The position numbers and the translations under genes were made by a program. The notes beneath the pieces are model-generated. The model searched no databases. It saw only the letters and a list, made by a program, of their open reading frames with translations, and had not been told where the DNA came from. Source: Christensenellales bacterium (GTDB taxonomy: Bacteria > Bacillota > Clostridia > Christensenellales > JBMNTT01). From it: a stretch of DNA of 64,000 nt. Below, in pieces: positions 8,167 to 17,302 of the stretch. The stretch spans positions 4,285 through 68,284 of the forward strand of contig JBMNTT010000009.1 in the NCBI GenBank assembly GCA_050945875.1. The letters are read 5' to 3'. Numbering within the stretch: position 1 is the stretch's first letter; each line of letters starts with the position of its first letter.

Positions 8167-10068
8167 ATGATCGTAACCCTGAACAACGGAAAACAGCATC
8201 CCTTTGAGGAAAAGGCCCTGACTTGCGGGGACATGGTGCGCACCCTCTATCCCCGCCTCGCGGGCAAAACCGTGGCTGCCAAGGTCGACGGCCAGGCAAC
8301 CGACCTGCGTCAGAGCATCGACCGGGATTGCGCCCTGGAGCCAATCATCCTGGCCGACCCCGAGGGGCTCGCCTGCCTGCGTCACAGCGCCAGCCATGTG
8401 CTGGCCCAGGCGGTTAAGCGGCTCCATCCCCAGGCGCGGCTGGCCATCGGCCCGGCGATCGACAGCGGATTCTACTACGACTTCGACGCGGTGCGCTTCA
8501 CCGAGGCGGATTTTCCCGCCTTAGAGGCCGAGATGGCCAAGATCATTGCCGAGGATCTGCCCATCGAGCGCTTCGAGTTGCCCCGGCGGGAGGCGTTGGC
8601 CTTGATGGCCGGGGAGCCCTATAAGCAGCAGCTGATCGCGGACCTGCCCGAGGACGCGCCGCTGTCCTTCTATCGGCAGGGCGAGTTCGTGGACCTGTGC
8701 GCCGGGCCGCACCTGATGCGCACCGGGCAGATCAAGGCCTTCAAGCTGCTCAGCCTGGCCGGGGCCTACTGGCGGGGCGACGAGCGCCAGCCGATGCTCC
8801 AGCGCCTCTATGCCACGGCCTACCCCTCCCGCCGGGAGCTGGACGCCCATCTGAGGCTGGTCGAGCAGGCCAAGGCCCGGGACCACCGCAAGCTGGGCCT
8901 GCAGCTGGACCTGTTCTCGGTGCTGCCCGAGGGGCCGGGCTTTCCCTTCTTCCACCCCAAGGGCATGATCCTGCGCAACGAGCTGGAGGCCTACTGGCGC
9001 CAGCTGCACATGGCCCATGGCTATCAGGAGGTCAAGACCCCGGTGATCCTGGACAGAACGCTCTGGGAGCGCTCGGGCCATTGGGACCACTATCGGGAAA
9101 ACATGTACGCCCTGAAGATCGACGAAAAGGATTACTGCATCAAGCCCATGAGCTGCCCGGGCGGCATGCTGCTCTACGGGCGGCAGATCGTCTCCTACCG
9201 GGACCTGCCGATGCGCATGGCGGAGCTGGGACTGGTGCACCGCAACGAGCGCAGCGGCACGCTGCACGGGCTGATGCGGGTGCGCTGCTTCACCCAGGAC
9301 GACGCGCACATCTTCATGACCCCCGAACAGATCGAGCAGGAGATTCTCGGCGTTATCGACCTGACCTGCGCCCTCTACGATTCCCTGGGCTTCCCCTACC
9401 AGGTGGAGCTGTCCACCCGGCCGGAGGACTCCATGGGCAGCGACGAGGACTGGGAGCGGGCCACCGCCGCCCTGGTCGCGGCCCTTGACAAGCGCGGCCT
9501 GCCCTACGCCGTCAACGAGGGGGATGGCGCTTTCTACGGGCCCAAGATCGACTTTCACATCCGCGACTGCCTGGACCGTACCTGGCAGTGCGGCACCATC
9601 CAGCTGGACTTCCAGCTGCCCGAGCGGTTCGACCTGACCTATATCGGGCCGGACGGGGCCAAGCACCGCCCGGTCATGCTGCACCGGGTGCTCTTCGGCT
9701 CCATCGAGCGGTTTATCGCCATCCTGACCGAGCATTTCGCCGGGGCTTTCCCGCCCTGGCTGGCCCCGGTGCAGGCCCGGGTGATGACCATCACCGACGC
9801 GGGGGATGAGTTCGCCCAGCAGGTGACAGGCCAGCTTAAGCAGGCCGGCATCCGGGCGGAGAGCGACCTGAGCGCCGAGAAGATCGGCTTTAAAATCCGC
9901 CAGGCCCAGCAGCAGAAGATTCCCTATATGCTGGTGATCGGGGCTAAGGAGGCGGCCAGCGGTCAGGTAGCCCTGCGCGTCCGGGGCCAGGGCATGGCCG
10001 GGGACTACACACCCGAGCAGATCATCGCCATGATCCGCCGGGCCGTCGAGGAGAAAATCATCTTATAG
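8167..10068 (+). CDS. thrS: threonine--tRNA ligase
   Basis: TGS domain N-terminus (MIVTLNNGK...), class II motifs, HIGH-less ThrRS body (RDHRKLG, FYGPKIDF). ATG at 8167 after AAAGGAGG; the upstream part of ORF 8017 is the T-box leader. Confidence 0.95.
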   Translation: MIVTLNNGKQHPFEEKALTCGDMVRTLYPRLAGKTVAAKVDGQATDLRQSIDRDCALEPIILADPEGLACLRHSASHVLAQAVKRLHPQARLAIGPAIDSGFYYDFDAVRFTEADFPALEAEMAKIIAEDLPIERFELPRREALALMAGEPYKQQLIADLPEDAPLSFYRQGEFVDLCAGPHLMRTGQIKAFKLLSLAGAYWRGDERQPMLQRLYATAYPSRRELDAHLRLVEQAKARDHRKLGLQLDLFSVLPEGPGFPFFHPKGMILRNELEAYWRQLHMAHGYQEVKTPVILDRTLWERSGHWDHYRENMYALKIDEKDYCIKPMSCPGGMLLYGRQIVSYRDLPMRMAELGLVHRNERSGTLHGLMRVRCFTQDDAHIFMTPEQIEQEILGVIDLTCALYDSLGFPYQVELSTRPEDSMGSDEDWERATAALVAALDKRGLPYAVNEGDGAFYGPKIDFHIRDCLDRTWQCGTIQLDFQLPERFDLTYIGPDGAKHRPVMLHRVLFGSIERFIAILTEHFAGAFPPWLAPVQARVMTITDAGDEFAQQVTGQLKQAGIRAESDLSAEKIGFKIRQAQQQKIPYMLVIGAKEAASGQVALRVRGQGMAGDYTPEQIIAMIRRAVEEKIIL

Positions 10069-10080
10069 GGAGGATCGGCC

Positions 10081-10998
10081 ATGGACTTTGAGCAATGCCT
10101 GCGCGGCAGCCGCCGCATTCTGATGGAGGGCGCTCTGGGCGAGCGGCTCAAAGGGGCGTTCGGCCTGACGCCCGACCCGGACATCGCCCTGGCGGCGACC
10201 ATCGACGCCCCCGCCGGTCGGGAGGCCCTGGCCGCGCTGTGGGGCGAGTATATCGCCATCGCCAAAGCCCACGGCCTGCCGCTGCTGACCGCCACCCCCA
10301 CCCGTCGGGCCAACCGCGAGCGCGTCGCCCGGGCCGGGCGGGACGCCTCGGTACTGCGGGACAACGCGACCTTCCTGCGGGCGATCCAGGCGGCCAGCGG
10401 CATCGAGATGTACGCAGGGGGACTGATGGGCTGCAAGGGCGACGCCTACACCGGCCAGGGCGCGCTGTCGGCCGCGCAGGCGCGCGCCTTCCACCGCTGG
10501 CAGGCCGAGGCCCTGGCGGGCGCGGGGCTGGACTATCTCTATGCGGGGATCATGCCCACCCTGCCCGAGGCCCTGGGCATGGCCCAGGCCATGGGCGACA
10601 CCGGCCTGCCCTACATCATCAGCTTCACCATTCAGAAAGACGGGCGGCTGATCGATGGCACGGCGGTGGATGCCGCCATCGGCGCCATCGACGAGGGGAC
10701 CGCCCGGCCGCCGGTTTGCTACATGACCAACTGCGTCCACCCGGACATCGCCCTGCAGGCGCTGGAGCAGCCCTTCAACCGGACGGAGCGGGTGCGGGCG
10801 CGCTTCTGGGGCATCCAGGCCAATGCCTCCCCCCTGCCCTACGACCAGCTCGACGGCGCGGCGAACCCGCGAAACGCCCCGCCCGGGCAGCTGGCCGAGG
10901 CCATGATCCGCCTGCGGGACGCGGCGGGGCTGCGCATCCTGGGCGGCTGCTGCGGCACCGACGGAACGTATATGGAAGCCATCGCCCGGAGGATGTAA
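10081..10998 (+). CDS. homocysteine S-methyltransferase family protein
   Basis: 305 aa, MEGALGERL N-terminus and C-terminal zinc-ligand GGCCGT motif typical of the Pfam S-methyl_trans domain. Confidence 0.8.
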   Translation: MDFEQCLRGSRRILMEGALGERLKGAFGLTPDPDIALAATIDAPAGREALAALWGEYIAIAKAHGLPLLTATPTRRANRERVARAGRDASVLRDNATFLRAIQAASGIEMYAGGLMGCKGDAYTGQGALSAAQARAFHRWQAEALAGAGLDYLYAGIMPTLPEALGMAQAMGDTGLPYIISFTIQKDGRLIDGTAVDAAIGAIDEGTARPPVCYMTNCVHPDIALQALEQPFNRTERVRARFWGIQANASPLPYDQLDGAANPRNAPPGQLAEAMIRLRDAAGLRILGGCCGTDGTYMEAIARRM

Positions 10999-11004
10999 GA
11001 AAGC

Positions 11005-11033
11005 AAGAGGCAGCCGCACGGCTGCCTCTTTTG
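11005..11033 (+). terminator. intrinsic terminator
   Basis: AAGAGGCAGCC-GCAC-GGCTGCCTCTTTTG just after the stop at 10998. Confidence 0.7.
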
Positions 11034-11072
11034 CTGTGCGCGGCACCGACCATCTAAATTGGGCCGCCGCCC

Positions 11073-11133
11073 TTGACAGATGGGTTGTTTGAACCTATAA
11101 TTGTTTGAGTTTCAAACTATTAGAACTTCAAAC
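11073..11133 (+). promoter_or_regulatory. consensus sigma-A promoter overlapped by a nested palindrome (likely MarR operator)
   Basis: TTGACA (11073-11078), 17 nt, TATAAT (11096-11101). GTTTGA/TCAAAC half-sites at 11087-92, 11103-08, 11112-17 and 11128-33 are symmetric about position 11110. Confidence 0.6.
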
Positions 11134-11147
11134 GAGGAGGATGCGCC

Positions 11148-11612
11148 ATGCAGCGGGATCCCCGGCAACTCAATGAGTTCTTTGTGCATGTCTTCAACAA
11201 AATTCTGATCTTTGAGGAACAAGCGCTCAGCCGCACAGGATGCCCCGATCTATCGGTGCGGGAACTGCACGTCATCGAGGCGGTATCCGATCTGGCCCGG
11301 CTGGGGCGAAACACCATGTCCGCCATCGCCGAGATGCTGGCGATCTCGGTCAGCTCCCTGACCACGGCGGTCAACGTGCTGGTACGCAAGGCCTATCTGC
11401 GCCGGGAAGGCAGCCAGCAGGATCGGCGCATGGTTTACGTCTGCCTGACCGAGAAGGGCGCCCAGGCCGAGGCGCAGCACCGCGCCTTCCACGAGCGCAT
11501 GATCGCCAGCGTCAGCGAACAGCTCACCGATGCGCAGTGGCAGACCCTGCTCAAATCCTTGGATGTGCTGGGCCGATTCTTTGCGGGGGGTGACGCCGAT
11601 GCGGCGCATTGA
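11148..11612 (+). CDS. MarR family transcriptional regulator
   Basis: 154 aa, winged-helix core (LSVRELHVIEAV...MSAIAEMLAISVSSLTTAVNVLVRKAYLRREGSQQDRRMVYVCLTEKG). GAGGAGG RBS. Confidence 0.85.
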   Translation: MQRDPRQLNEFFVHVFNKILIFEEQALSRTGCPDLSVRELHVIEAVSDLARLGRNTMSAIAEMLAISVSSLTTAVNVLVRKAYLRREGSQQDRRMVYVCLTEKGAQAEAQHRAFHERMIASVSEQLTDAQWQTLLKSLDVLGRFFAGGDADAAH

Positions 11613-12084
11613 GCGGGCGGTGAACACCGTAGTGCTGGCGGCGCTGCTGCGGGCGCTGCGGGCCCTCATGCGGCGGGATAGCCGGGTGCGCTGGGCGATG
11701 TTGGCCTATCCCGAGGGCTACAGCTTTCGCCTGGCCGCGGGCATGGACGCGCAGGACCCGGTGCTGGCCTTCTCGCGTCGGGGGCAAACCCTGGCGCGCC
11801 GCGCACCCGAGCAGGCGGCGGAGCTGAGCATCTGCTTTAAGAGCGCCGAGGACGCCTTTCGGGTGCTGACTGGTCAGCTGGGCATCGGCGCGGCCTACGC
11901 ACAGCATCGCTTTTTCCTGCGGGGCAACCCCAACGAGGCCATGGGCTTGGTGGGCGCGCTGGAGTTGACGGAGGCGTATCTGTTTCCCGGGTTTTGGGCG
12001 CGTCGTCTGATGCGCCGCCTGCCCGAAAAGCAGTGCTCCGCGCTGATAATTTACGGGGGCTTGTTCAGCCCCGGAAAGGAGTAA
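11599..12084 (+). CDS. hypothetical protein (possibly SCP2-like fold)
   Basis: ATG at 11599 overlaps the end of marR by 14 nt. 161 aa. The family assignment is only a weak impression from ...FKSAEDAFRVLTGQLGIGAAYAQHRFFLRGNPNEAM... Confidence 0.5.
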   Translation: MRRIERAVNTVVLAALLRALRALMRRDSRVRWAMLAYPEGYSFRLAAGMDAQDPVLAFSRRGQTLARRAPEQAAELSICFKSAEDAFRVLTGQLGIGAAYAQHRFFLRGNPNEAMGLVGALELTEAYLFPGFWARRLMRRLPEKQCSALIIYGGLFSPGKE

Positions 12085-12089
12085 ACCCC

Positions 12090-13259
12090 ATGGCGGCGTA
12101 TTATGAATTCCAGAACCCGGTGAAAATCTGTTCCGGCGACCAGGCCTTGGAGCACATCCCCTACGAGCTGCGCAGCCTGGGCGTGTCCCGCCCGCTGCTG
12201 CTGTCGGACGCCACCCTCAGCCGGTTGGGCCTGTGCGACCTGGTGGAGCGGGCGTCGGGGCTCCGCCCGCCCCGGTTTGACGACATCGCCCCGGACAGCA
12301 GCCTGGACACCGTGCGCCGCGCGGCGGCGCGCTACCGCCAGGAGGGCTGCGACTGCATCATCGCCCTGGGCGGCGGCAGCGTGCTGGACACCGGAAAAGG
12401 CGTGGCCATGGTCGAGGCCCACGGCGGGATCGACCCGATGGAGCTGATCGGCTGCGAGGAGCTGACCGCCGGGGCCGCGGTTCCGCTGCTGGCCATCCCC
12501 ACCACCGCGGGTACCGGCAGCGAAGCCACCTCCGTGGCGGTCATCGCCCACCCGGAGAAGGATGTCAAATTGGAGTTCATCTCCGCCCACATTCAGCCCC
12601 AGGTGGCCTTTCTCGACCCTCGGCTGACGGTTAAGCTGCCCCCGGCCATCACCGCCGCCACGGCCATGGACGCCCTGTGCCATGCCGTCGAGGCCTTCAC
12701 CTGCCTGCAGAAGAACCCGGTCAGCGATGGCTACGCCATCGCCGCCCTGCGGCTGATTGTTCGTCGGCTGCCCGAGGTGGTCGCCCACCCTGGCAGCGCG
12801 CAGGTCCGGCTGGACCTGGCCAACGCCAGCCTGATCGCCGGAGCGGCCTTTAGCAACAGCATGGTCGGCGGGGTGCACGCTATCGGCCACGCCCTGGGCG
12901 GGGTGTGCCACGTGCCCCACGGCCAGGCCATGGCCATCCTGCTGCCCCATGTGATGCGCTACAACCTGGACGCCTGCGCCCAGACCTATGCCGAGCTGCT
13001 GCTCCATCTGGCCGGGCCGGACCGCTACGCCGCCACCCCGGCGGATCAGCGCGCCGCCCAGGCCGTCGAAGCTGTCGAAGCGCTGCGCGACTTTCTGCAC
13101 GCCACCTGCCAGCTGCCTTTGCGGCTGAGCCAAGTCGGCGTGGCGCAGGCCGATCTGCCCAGGGTGGCGGAAAAGGCCCTATCCGACGGGGCGATGCTCT
13201 TCAACCCCGTGGCCATGGACCAAAACGACGTCGTCGCCCTGCTGAACCGGGCGATGTAG
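12090..13259 (+). CDS. iron-containing alcohol dehydrogenase
   Basis: GGGSVLDTGK glycine motif, PTTAGTGSE, and His-rich metal site (HAIGHALGGVCHVPHG). AAAGGAG RBS 8 nt before the ATG at 12090. Confidence 0.85.
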   Translation: MAAYYEFQNPVKICSGDQALEHIPYELRSLGVSRPLLLSDATLSRLGLCDLVERASGLRPPRFDDIAPDSSLDTVRRAAARYRQEGCDCIIALGGGSVLDTGKGVAMVEAHGGIDPMELIGCEELTAGAAVPLLAIPTTAGTGSEATSVAVIAHPEKDVKLEFISAHIQPQVAFLDPRLTVKLPPAITAATAMDALCHAVEAFTCLQKNPVSDGYAIAALRLIVRRLPEVVAHPGSAQVRLDLANASLIAGAAFSNSMVGGVHAIGHALGGVCHVPHGQAMAILLPHVMRYNLDACAQTYAELLLHLAGPDRYAATPADQRAAQAVEAVEALRDFLHATCQLPLRLSQVGVAQADLPRVAEKALSDGAMLFNPVAMDQNDVVALLNRAM

Positions 13260-13270
13260 GAGGCATGAAG

Positions 13271-14638
13271 ATGGACACACAGACCCTGCTGACGCGCCAG
13301 CGCGACTATTTCCAGACCGATGTCACCCTACCGCTTTCCTGGCGGCTGCAAATGTTGGCCCGGCTCAAGGAGGCGGTGCTCGCCTATGAGGAGCGCATCT
13401 ACGAGGCCCTGGCCCAGGACCTGGGCAAGAGCCGCACCGAGAGCTACATGGCTGAGGTGGGCATGGTGCTCTCGGAGATCAGCTACATGCAGCGCCATGT
13501 GCGCCGCTTCATGCGGGCCCGCCGGGCGCCCACGCCCCTGGCCCAGTTTCCCGCGCACAGCTTTACTGTACCGGTGCCCTACGGCTGCGTGCTGGTGATG
13601 AGCCCATGGAACTATCCCTTCATGCTCTCGGTGGACCCAGTGGCGGACGCCCTGGCTGCGGGCAACACGGTGCTGCTCAAGCCCAGCGCCTACTCCCCGG
13701 CCACCAGCGAGGTGCTCCGGGCGATGTTCGCGGAGTTTTTCCCGCCCGAGGTGGTCGCCGTGGTCACCGGCGGGCGCGCCGTCAACGCCGATCTGCTGGA
13801 GCAGCGCTTTGACAACATTTTCTTCACCGGCGGCAAGACCGTCGGCCGCTTGGTCATGGAGAAAGCCGCGCGTCACCTGACCCCGGTCACCCTGGAGCTG
13901 GGCGGCAAGAGCCCCTGCATCGTCGACAGCTCCGCCGATATCCCCATGGCCGCCCGGCGCATTGTCTTTGGCAAGTTCTTGAACGCCGGGCAGACCTGCG
14001 TCGCGCCGGATTATATCCTGGTGGAGCGCTCGGTGCGGCAGGCCCTCACCGACGCCCTGACCCGGGAGATCGCCGCCCAGTTCGGCCCCGATTCCTTGAG
14101 CAATCCCGACTACGGCCGCATCGTCAACCGCAAGCATTTCGACCGGTTGATGGGCCTGATGGCGGATCAGCCCCTGATCTGCGGCGGCCAGGCCGATCCT
14201 GAGCGCTTGATGATCGCCCCGACGGTGCTGCTGGCCGACGGCGACAGCCCCGCCATGCAGGAGGAGATCTTCGGGCCCATCCTGCCGGTGCTGAGCTTCG
14301 AGCGCTTCGAGCAGGTGCGCCCGATCATCGCCCGCAACCCCACCCCCCTGGCCCTGTACCTCTTCTCCAAGGACAAGGGGCATCAGCGCGAAGCCCTGCG
14401 GGCCATCCGGTTCGGAGGCGGCTGCATCAACGACACCATCATCCACCTGGCCACCAGCGCCATGCCCTTCGGCGGCACCGGCGAGAGCGGCATGGGCGGC
14501 TACCACGGCCGGGCGGGCTTCGACGCATTCTCCCACCGCAAGAGCATCGTGCACAAGGGCGTCTGGCTGGACCTGCCCATGCGCTACCAGCCCTACACCC
14601 CCGGCAAGGAGAAGACCATCCGGGCCTTTCTGAAATAG
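13271..14638 (+). CDS. aldehyde dehydrogenase family protein (class-3-like)
   Basis: ELGGKSP, catalytic Cys context GQTCVAPDY, EEIFGPILP. The ATG at 13271 has GGAGG at 7-nt spacing; an in-frame ATG at 13265 is too close to the RBS. Confidence 0.9.
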   Translation: MDTQTLLTRQRDYFQTDVTLPLSWRLQMLARLKEAVLAYEERIYEALAQDLGKSRTESYMAEVGMVLSEISYMQRHVRRFMRARRAPTPLAQFPAHSFTVPVPYGCVLVMSPWNYPFMLSVDPVADALAAGNTVLLKPSAYSPATSEVLRAMFAEFFPPEVVAVVTGGRAVNADLLEQRFDNIFFTGGKTVGRLVMEKAARHLTPVTLELGGKSPCIVDSSADIPMAARRIVFGKFLNAGQTCVAPDYILVERSVRQALTDALTREIAAQFGPDSLSNPDYGRIVNRKHFDRLMGLMADQPLICGGQADPERLMIAPTVLLADGDSPAMQEEIFGPILPVLSFERFEQVRPIIARNPTPLALYLFSKDKGHQREALRAIRFGGGCINDTIIHLATSAMPFGGTGESGMGGYHGRAGFDAFSHRKSIVHKGVWLDLPMRYQPYTPGKEKTIRAFLK

Positions 14639-14657
14639 GCGCGCCCGCACATCGAAA

Positions 14658-14686
14658 CGAGACCGGCAGCAATGCTGCCGGTCTCG
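14658..14686. terminator. bidirectional intrinsic terminator between convergent genes
   Basis: CGAGACCGGCAGC-AAT-GCTGCCGGTCTCG perfect 13-bp stem. Confidence 0.7.
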
Positions 14687-14700
14687 CGCTGGTTTTGGGG

Positions 14701-15477
14701 CTACTCCGCCCGGGCCGCCGCGTCCAGGGCGCCCAGGAACTGCCGGGTGCGCTCGCTGGCCGTCTCGCCAAAGACCTGCCCGGGCGCGCCCTCCTCGATG
14801 ATGACCCCGTCGGCCATGAAGATGACATGGTCGGCCACCTCCTGGGCGAACTTCATCTCGTGGGTGACCACCACCATGGTCATGTGCTCCTCGGCCAGCT
14901 CCCGGATGACCTTGAGGATTTCGCCGGTCAGCTGGGGATCCAAGGCGCTGGTGGGCTCGTCGAAGAACAGCATCTCGGGGTTGAGGGCCAGGGCCCGGGC
15001 GATGCTGACCCGCTGGGCCTGCCCGCCTGAGAGCTGGTAGGGGTATGCGTCCGCCTTGTCCGCCAGGTTCATCTTTTCCAGCAGGCGCAGGGCGTTCTGC
15101 CGGGCGGCCGCCTTCCCCTGCCGCATCACCCGCACCGGGGCCTGGGTGATGTTGTCCAGCACCGACAGATGGGGAAACAGGTTGAAGGACTGGAACACCA
15201 GACCGATCTTTAGCCGAATCTGGCGCAGGACCTCCTTGGGCGCGTAGGCGCTCCTGCCGCCGATATCCTCCACCATGGCCTGCCCGCATACACGGATAGT
15301 CCCGCTGTCCACCTGCTCGAGCTGGGTAACGCAGCGCAGCAGGGTGCTCTTGCCCGAGCCCGAGGGCCCAATGACGGCCACCACCTGCCCCTTACCCACG
15401 GAGAAGGAGATATCCTTGAGCACCTGGGTGCCGCCAAAGCCCTTGGTCAGGTGTTCCACCCGAATCATCTCGTCCAT
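14701..15477 (-). CDS. amino acid ABC transporter ATP-binding protein
   Basis: Walker A GPSGSGKST, signature LSGGQAQRV, Walker B LFFDEPTSALD (GlnQ/polar amino-acid type). ATG at 15477 with AGGGGGTG RBS. Confidence 0.9.
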   Translation of the reverse strand: MDEMIRVEHLTKGFGGTQVLKDISFSVGKGQVVAVIGPSGSGKSTLLRCVTQLEQVDSGTIRVCGQAMVEDIGGRSAYAPKEVLRQIRLKIGLVFQSFNLFPHLSVLDNITQAPVRVMRQGKAAARQNALRLLEKMNLADKADAYPYQLSGGQAQRVSIARALALNPEMLFFDEPTSALDPQLTGEILKVIRELAEEHMTMVVVTHEMKFAQEVADHVIFMADGVIIEEGAPGQVFGETASERTRQFLGALDAAARAE

Positions 15478-15489
15478 ACCGCGCACCCC

Positions 15490-16176
15490 CTATCGGTAGT
15501 AGTCCAGCCTGCGCTCCATATAGGTGAAAAAGCGCGAGACCAGCCAGTTGAGCACAAAGTAGAACACGCCGGCCACGAAGATGGGCATGGTGGAGAACTC
15601 CCGAGCCGAGGCGGTCTGGGCGATGCGAAACAGCTCCGAAACGCCCAGGGTCATGGCCAGGGCGGTATCCTTGACCAGGGTCATGAACTCGTTGCCCATG
15701 GTGGGCAGAATACGCTTGACCACCTGGGGCAGGATGATCTGGAAAAAGGTCTGCCCCTTGGAGAAACCCAACACGTGGGCGGCCTCATACTGCCCCTGAG
15801 GGATGGACTCGATGCCGCCGCGGTAGATTTCCGCAAAATAGGCCGCGTAGTTGAGCGTGAAGGTCAGAATCGCCGCGGCGAACCGATCGTAGCTGAGCTT
15901 GAACAGGTAGTAGGGCGCGAAGTAAAAGAAGATCAGCTGCAGGATCAGCGGCGTTCCCCGCATGACCAACAAATACGCCGACACCGGCCGACGGATCCAC
16001 TTGTGGCGGCTCATGCGGCCCTTGGCCAGCAGCAGCCCCAGGGGCAGGGAGAAGATCAGGGTGAGCGCGAAGATTTGGATGGAGACCCAGGTTCCCTCGC
16101 ACATTTGGGGGATGAGCTTGGCCAGCTTGGCCCACAGCTCCGCCAGGTCCGCCAGGAGCATGGAGAGGAAGGACAA
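15490..16176 (-). CDS. amino acid ABC transporter permease
   Basis: 228 aa, HisM/GlnP-type permease with EAA-like loop (YEAAHVLGFSKGQTFFQIILPQ). Confidence 0.9.
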   Translation of the reverse strand: MSFLSMLLADLAELWAKLAKLIPQMCEGTWVSIQIFALTLIFSLPLGLLLAKGRMSRHKWIRRPVSAYLLVMRGTPLILQLIFFYFAPYYLFKLSYDRFAAAILTFTLNYAAYFAEIYRGGIESIPQGQYEAAHVLGFSKGQTFFQIILPQVVKRILPTMGNEFMTLVKDTALAMTLGVSELFRIAQTASAREFSTMPIFVAGVFYFVLNWLVSRFFTYMERRLDYYR

Positions 16177-16247
16177 ATCCGTTCACATCCCTTCGATGTC
16201 AAAGGGGCGGACCCCGAGGGATCCGCCCGCGAGAAACCCGACGGGGG

Positions 16248-17072
16248 TCACTTGCCGATCTTGCTGATGTCGCTGCCGAACCACTTGGTGGAGATTTCGG
16301 CCAATTTGCCGTTCTTCGCCAGGGTGTTGAGCGCCTCGTTGACCTTATCGGTCAGGGCGATATCGGTCTTGCGAAATCCGATGGCGTACTGCTCGGTGAG
16401 CATCGCGTCAAGGATGGTGAAATCCCGGTCGTTCTGGGCGATATAGTACTTGGCGACCACGTCGTCCACCAACACCGCGTCCACGCCCTTGGCCTCCAGG
16501 TCCATCAGGGCGGTCAGATTGTCCTTGAACTCCACGACCTCGGCCAGGGAATCGTTGAAGTCCGTATTCTGCTCCAGCACGTCCGCCGCGCTGGAGCCGC
16601 CCTGGATGCCCAGCTTCTTGCCGGCCATGTCCGCCGGGGAGGCGATACCCTCGCCGGTGCGCACCACCAGGGCCATGTGGTTATCCAGGTAGGGCTGGGA
16701 CAGGTTCATCTGCGCCTTGCGCTCCTCGTTGATGCTCATGCCGTTCCAGATACAATCGATCTTGCCGGTGTTGAGCTCTTGCTCCTTGCTGTTCCAGTCG
16801 ATGGGCTGGCACTCCAGCTCCACGCCCAGCTCATCGCACACCGCCTGCGCCAGGTCGATGTCGAAGCCGACAATGCTGTTGTCCTCATCGCGGAAGCCCA
16901 TCGGGGGGAACGCGTCGTCCAGGCCCAGCACCAGCTTGCCCGCCTGCTGGACCTTGACAAAGGAATCGTCCGCGCCGCCGTTCTGGGCGGTGGCGGACGC
17001 GGGCTGATCGGCGCAGCCAGCCAATCCGGCGCACAATAGCAGCGCCGCCAACAAAATCGCAATTTTTCTCAT
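16248..17072 (-). CDS. amino acid ABC transporter substrate-binding lipoprotein
   Basis: Signal peptide with lipobox LLLCAGLAGCAD. Family-3 SBP body (GFDIDLAQAVCDELG...). Confidence 0.9.
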   Translation of the reverse strand: MRKIAILLAALLLCAGLAGCADQPASATAQNGGADDSFVKVQQAGKLVLGLDDAFPPMGFRDEDNSIVGFDIDLAQAVCDELGVELECQPIDWNSKEQELNTGKIDCIWNGMSINEERKAQMNLSQPYLDNHMALVVRTGEGIASPADMAGKKLGIQGGSSAADVLEQNTDFNDSLAEVVEFKDNLTALMDLEAKGVDAVLVDDVVAKYYIAQNDRDFTILDAMLTEQYAIGFRKTDIALTDKVNEALNTLAKNGKLAEISTKWFGSDISKIGK

Positions 17073-17302
17073 GAAACACTCTCTCCTGTTCTTCCGCCCA
17101 GGGCGGGCGGTTGCATAAGTCGAGTAGTATTGTACCGCACTATTGCGCTAAAGTAAAGTGGTTTTTGCGCTTCCCCGGATACTTGTCGAGATTGACCAGT
17201 TTTGGGCGGCGTTTTTGGGTGGCCAGGGGTGGACGGTTTGCTATCTTTTGGCCAAAAAATTTGCTATACTGAGGGTAATCTGCGATGAGGAGGCAACGAG
17301 CG

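Noticed and set aside
13328-15289. 653-aa minus-strand ORF
   Set aside because: Antisense to the aldehyde dehydrogenase, and out of frame with the ABC ATPase gene, both of which have clear family motifs. The translation is Gly/Arg/Ala-rich noise.
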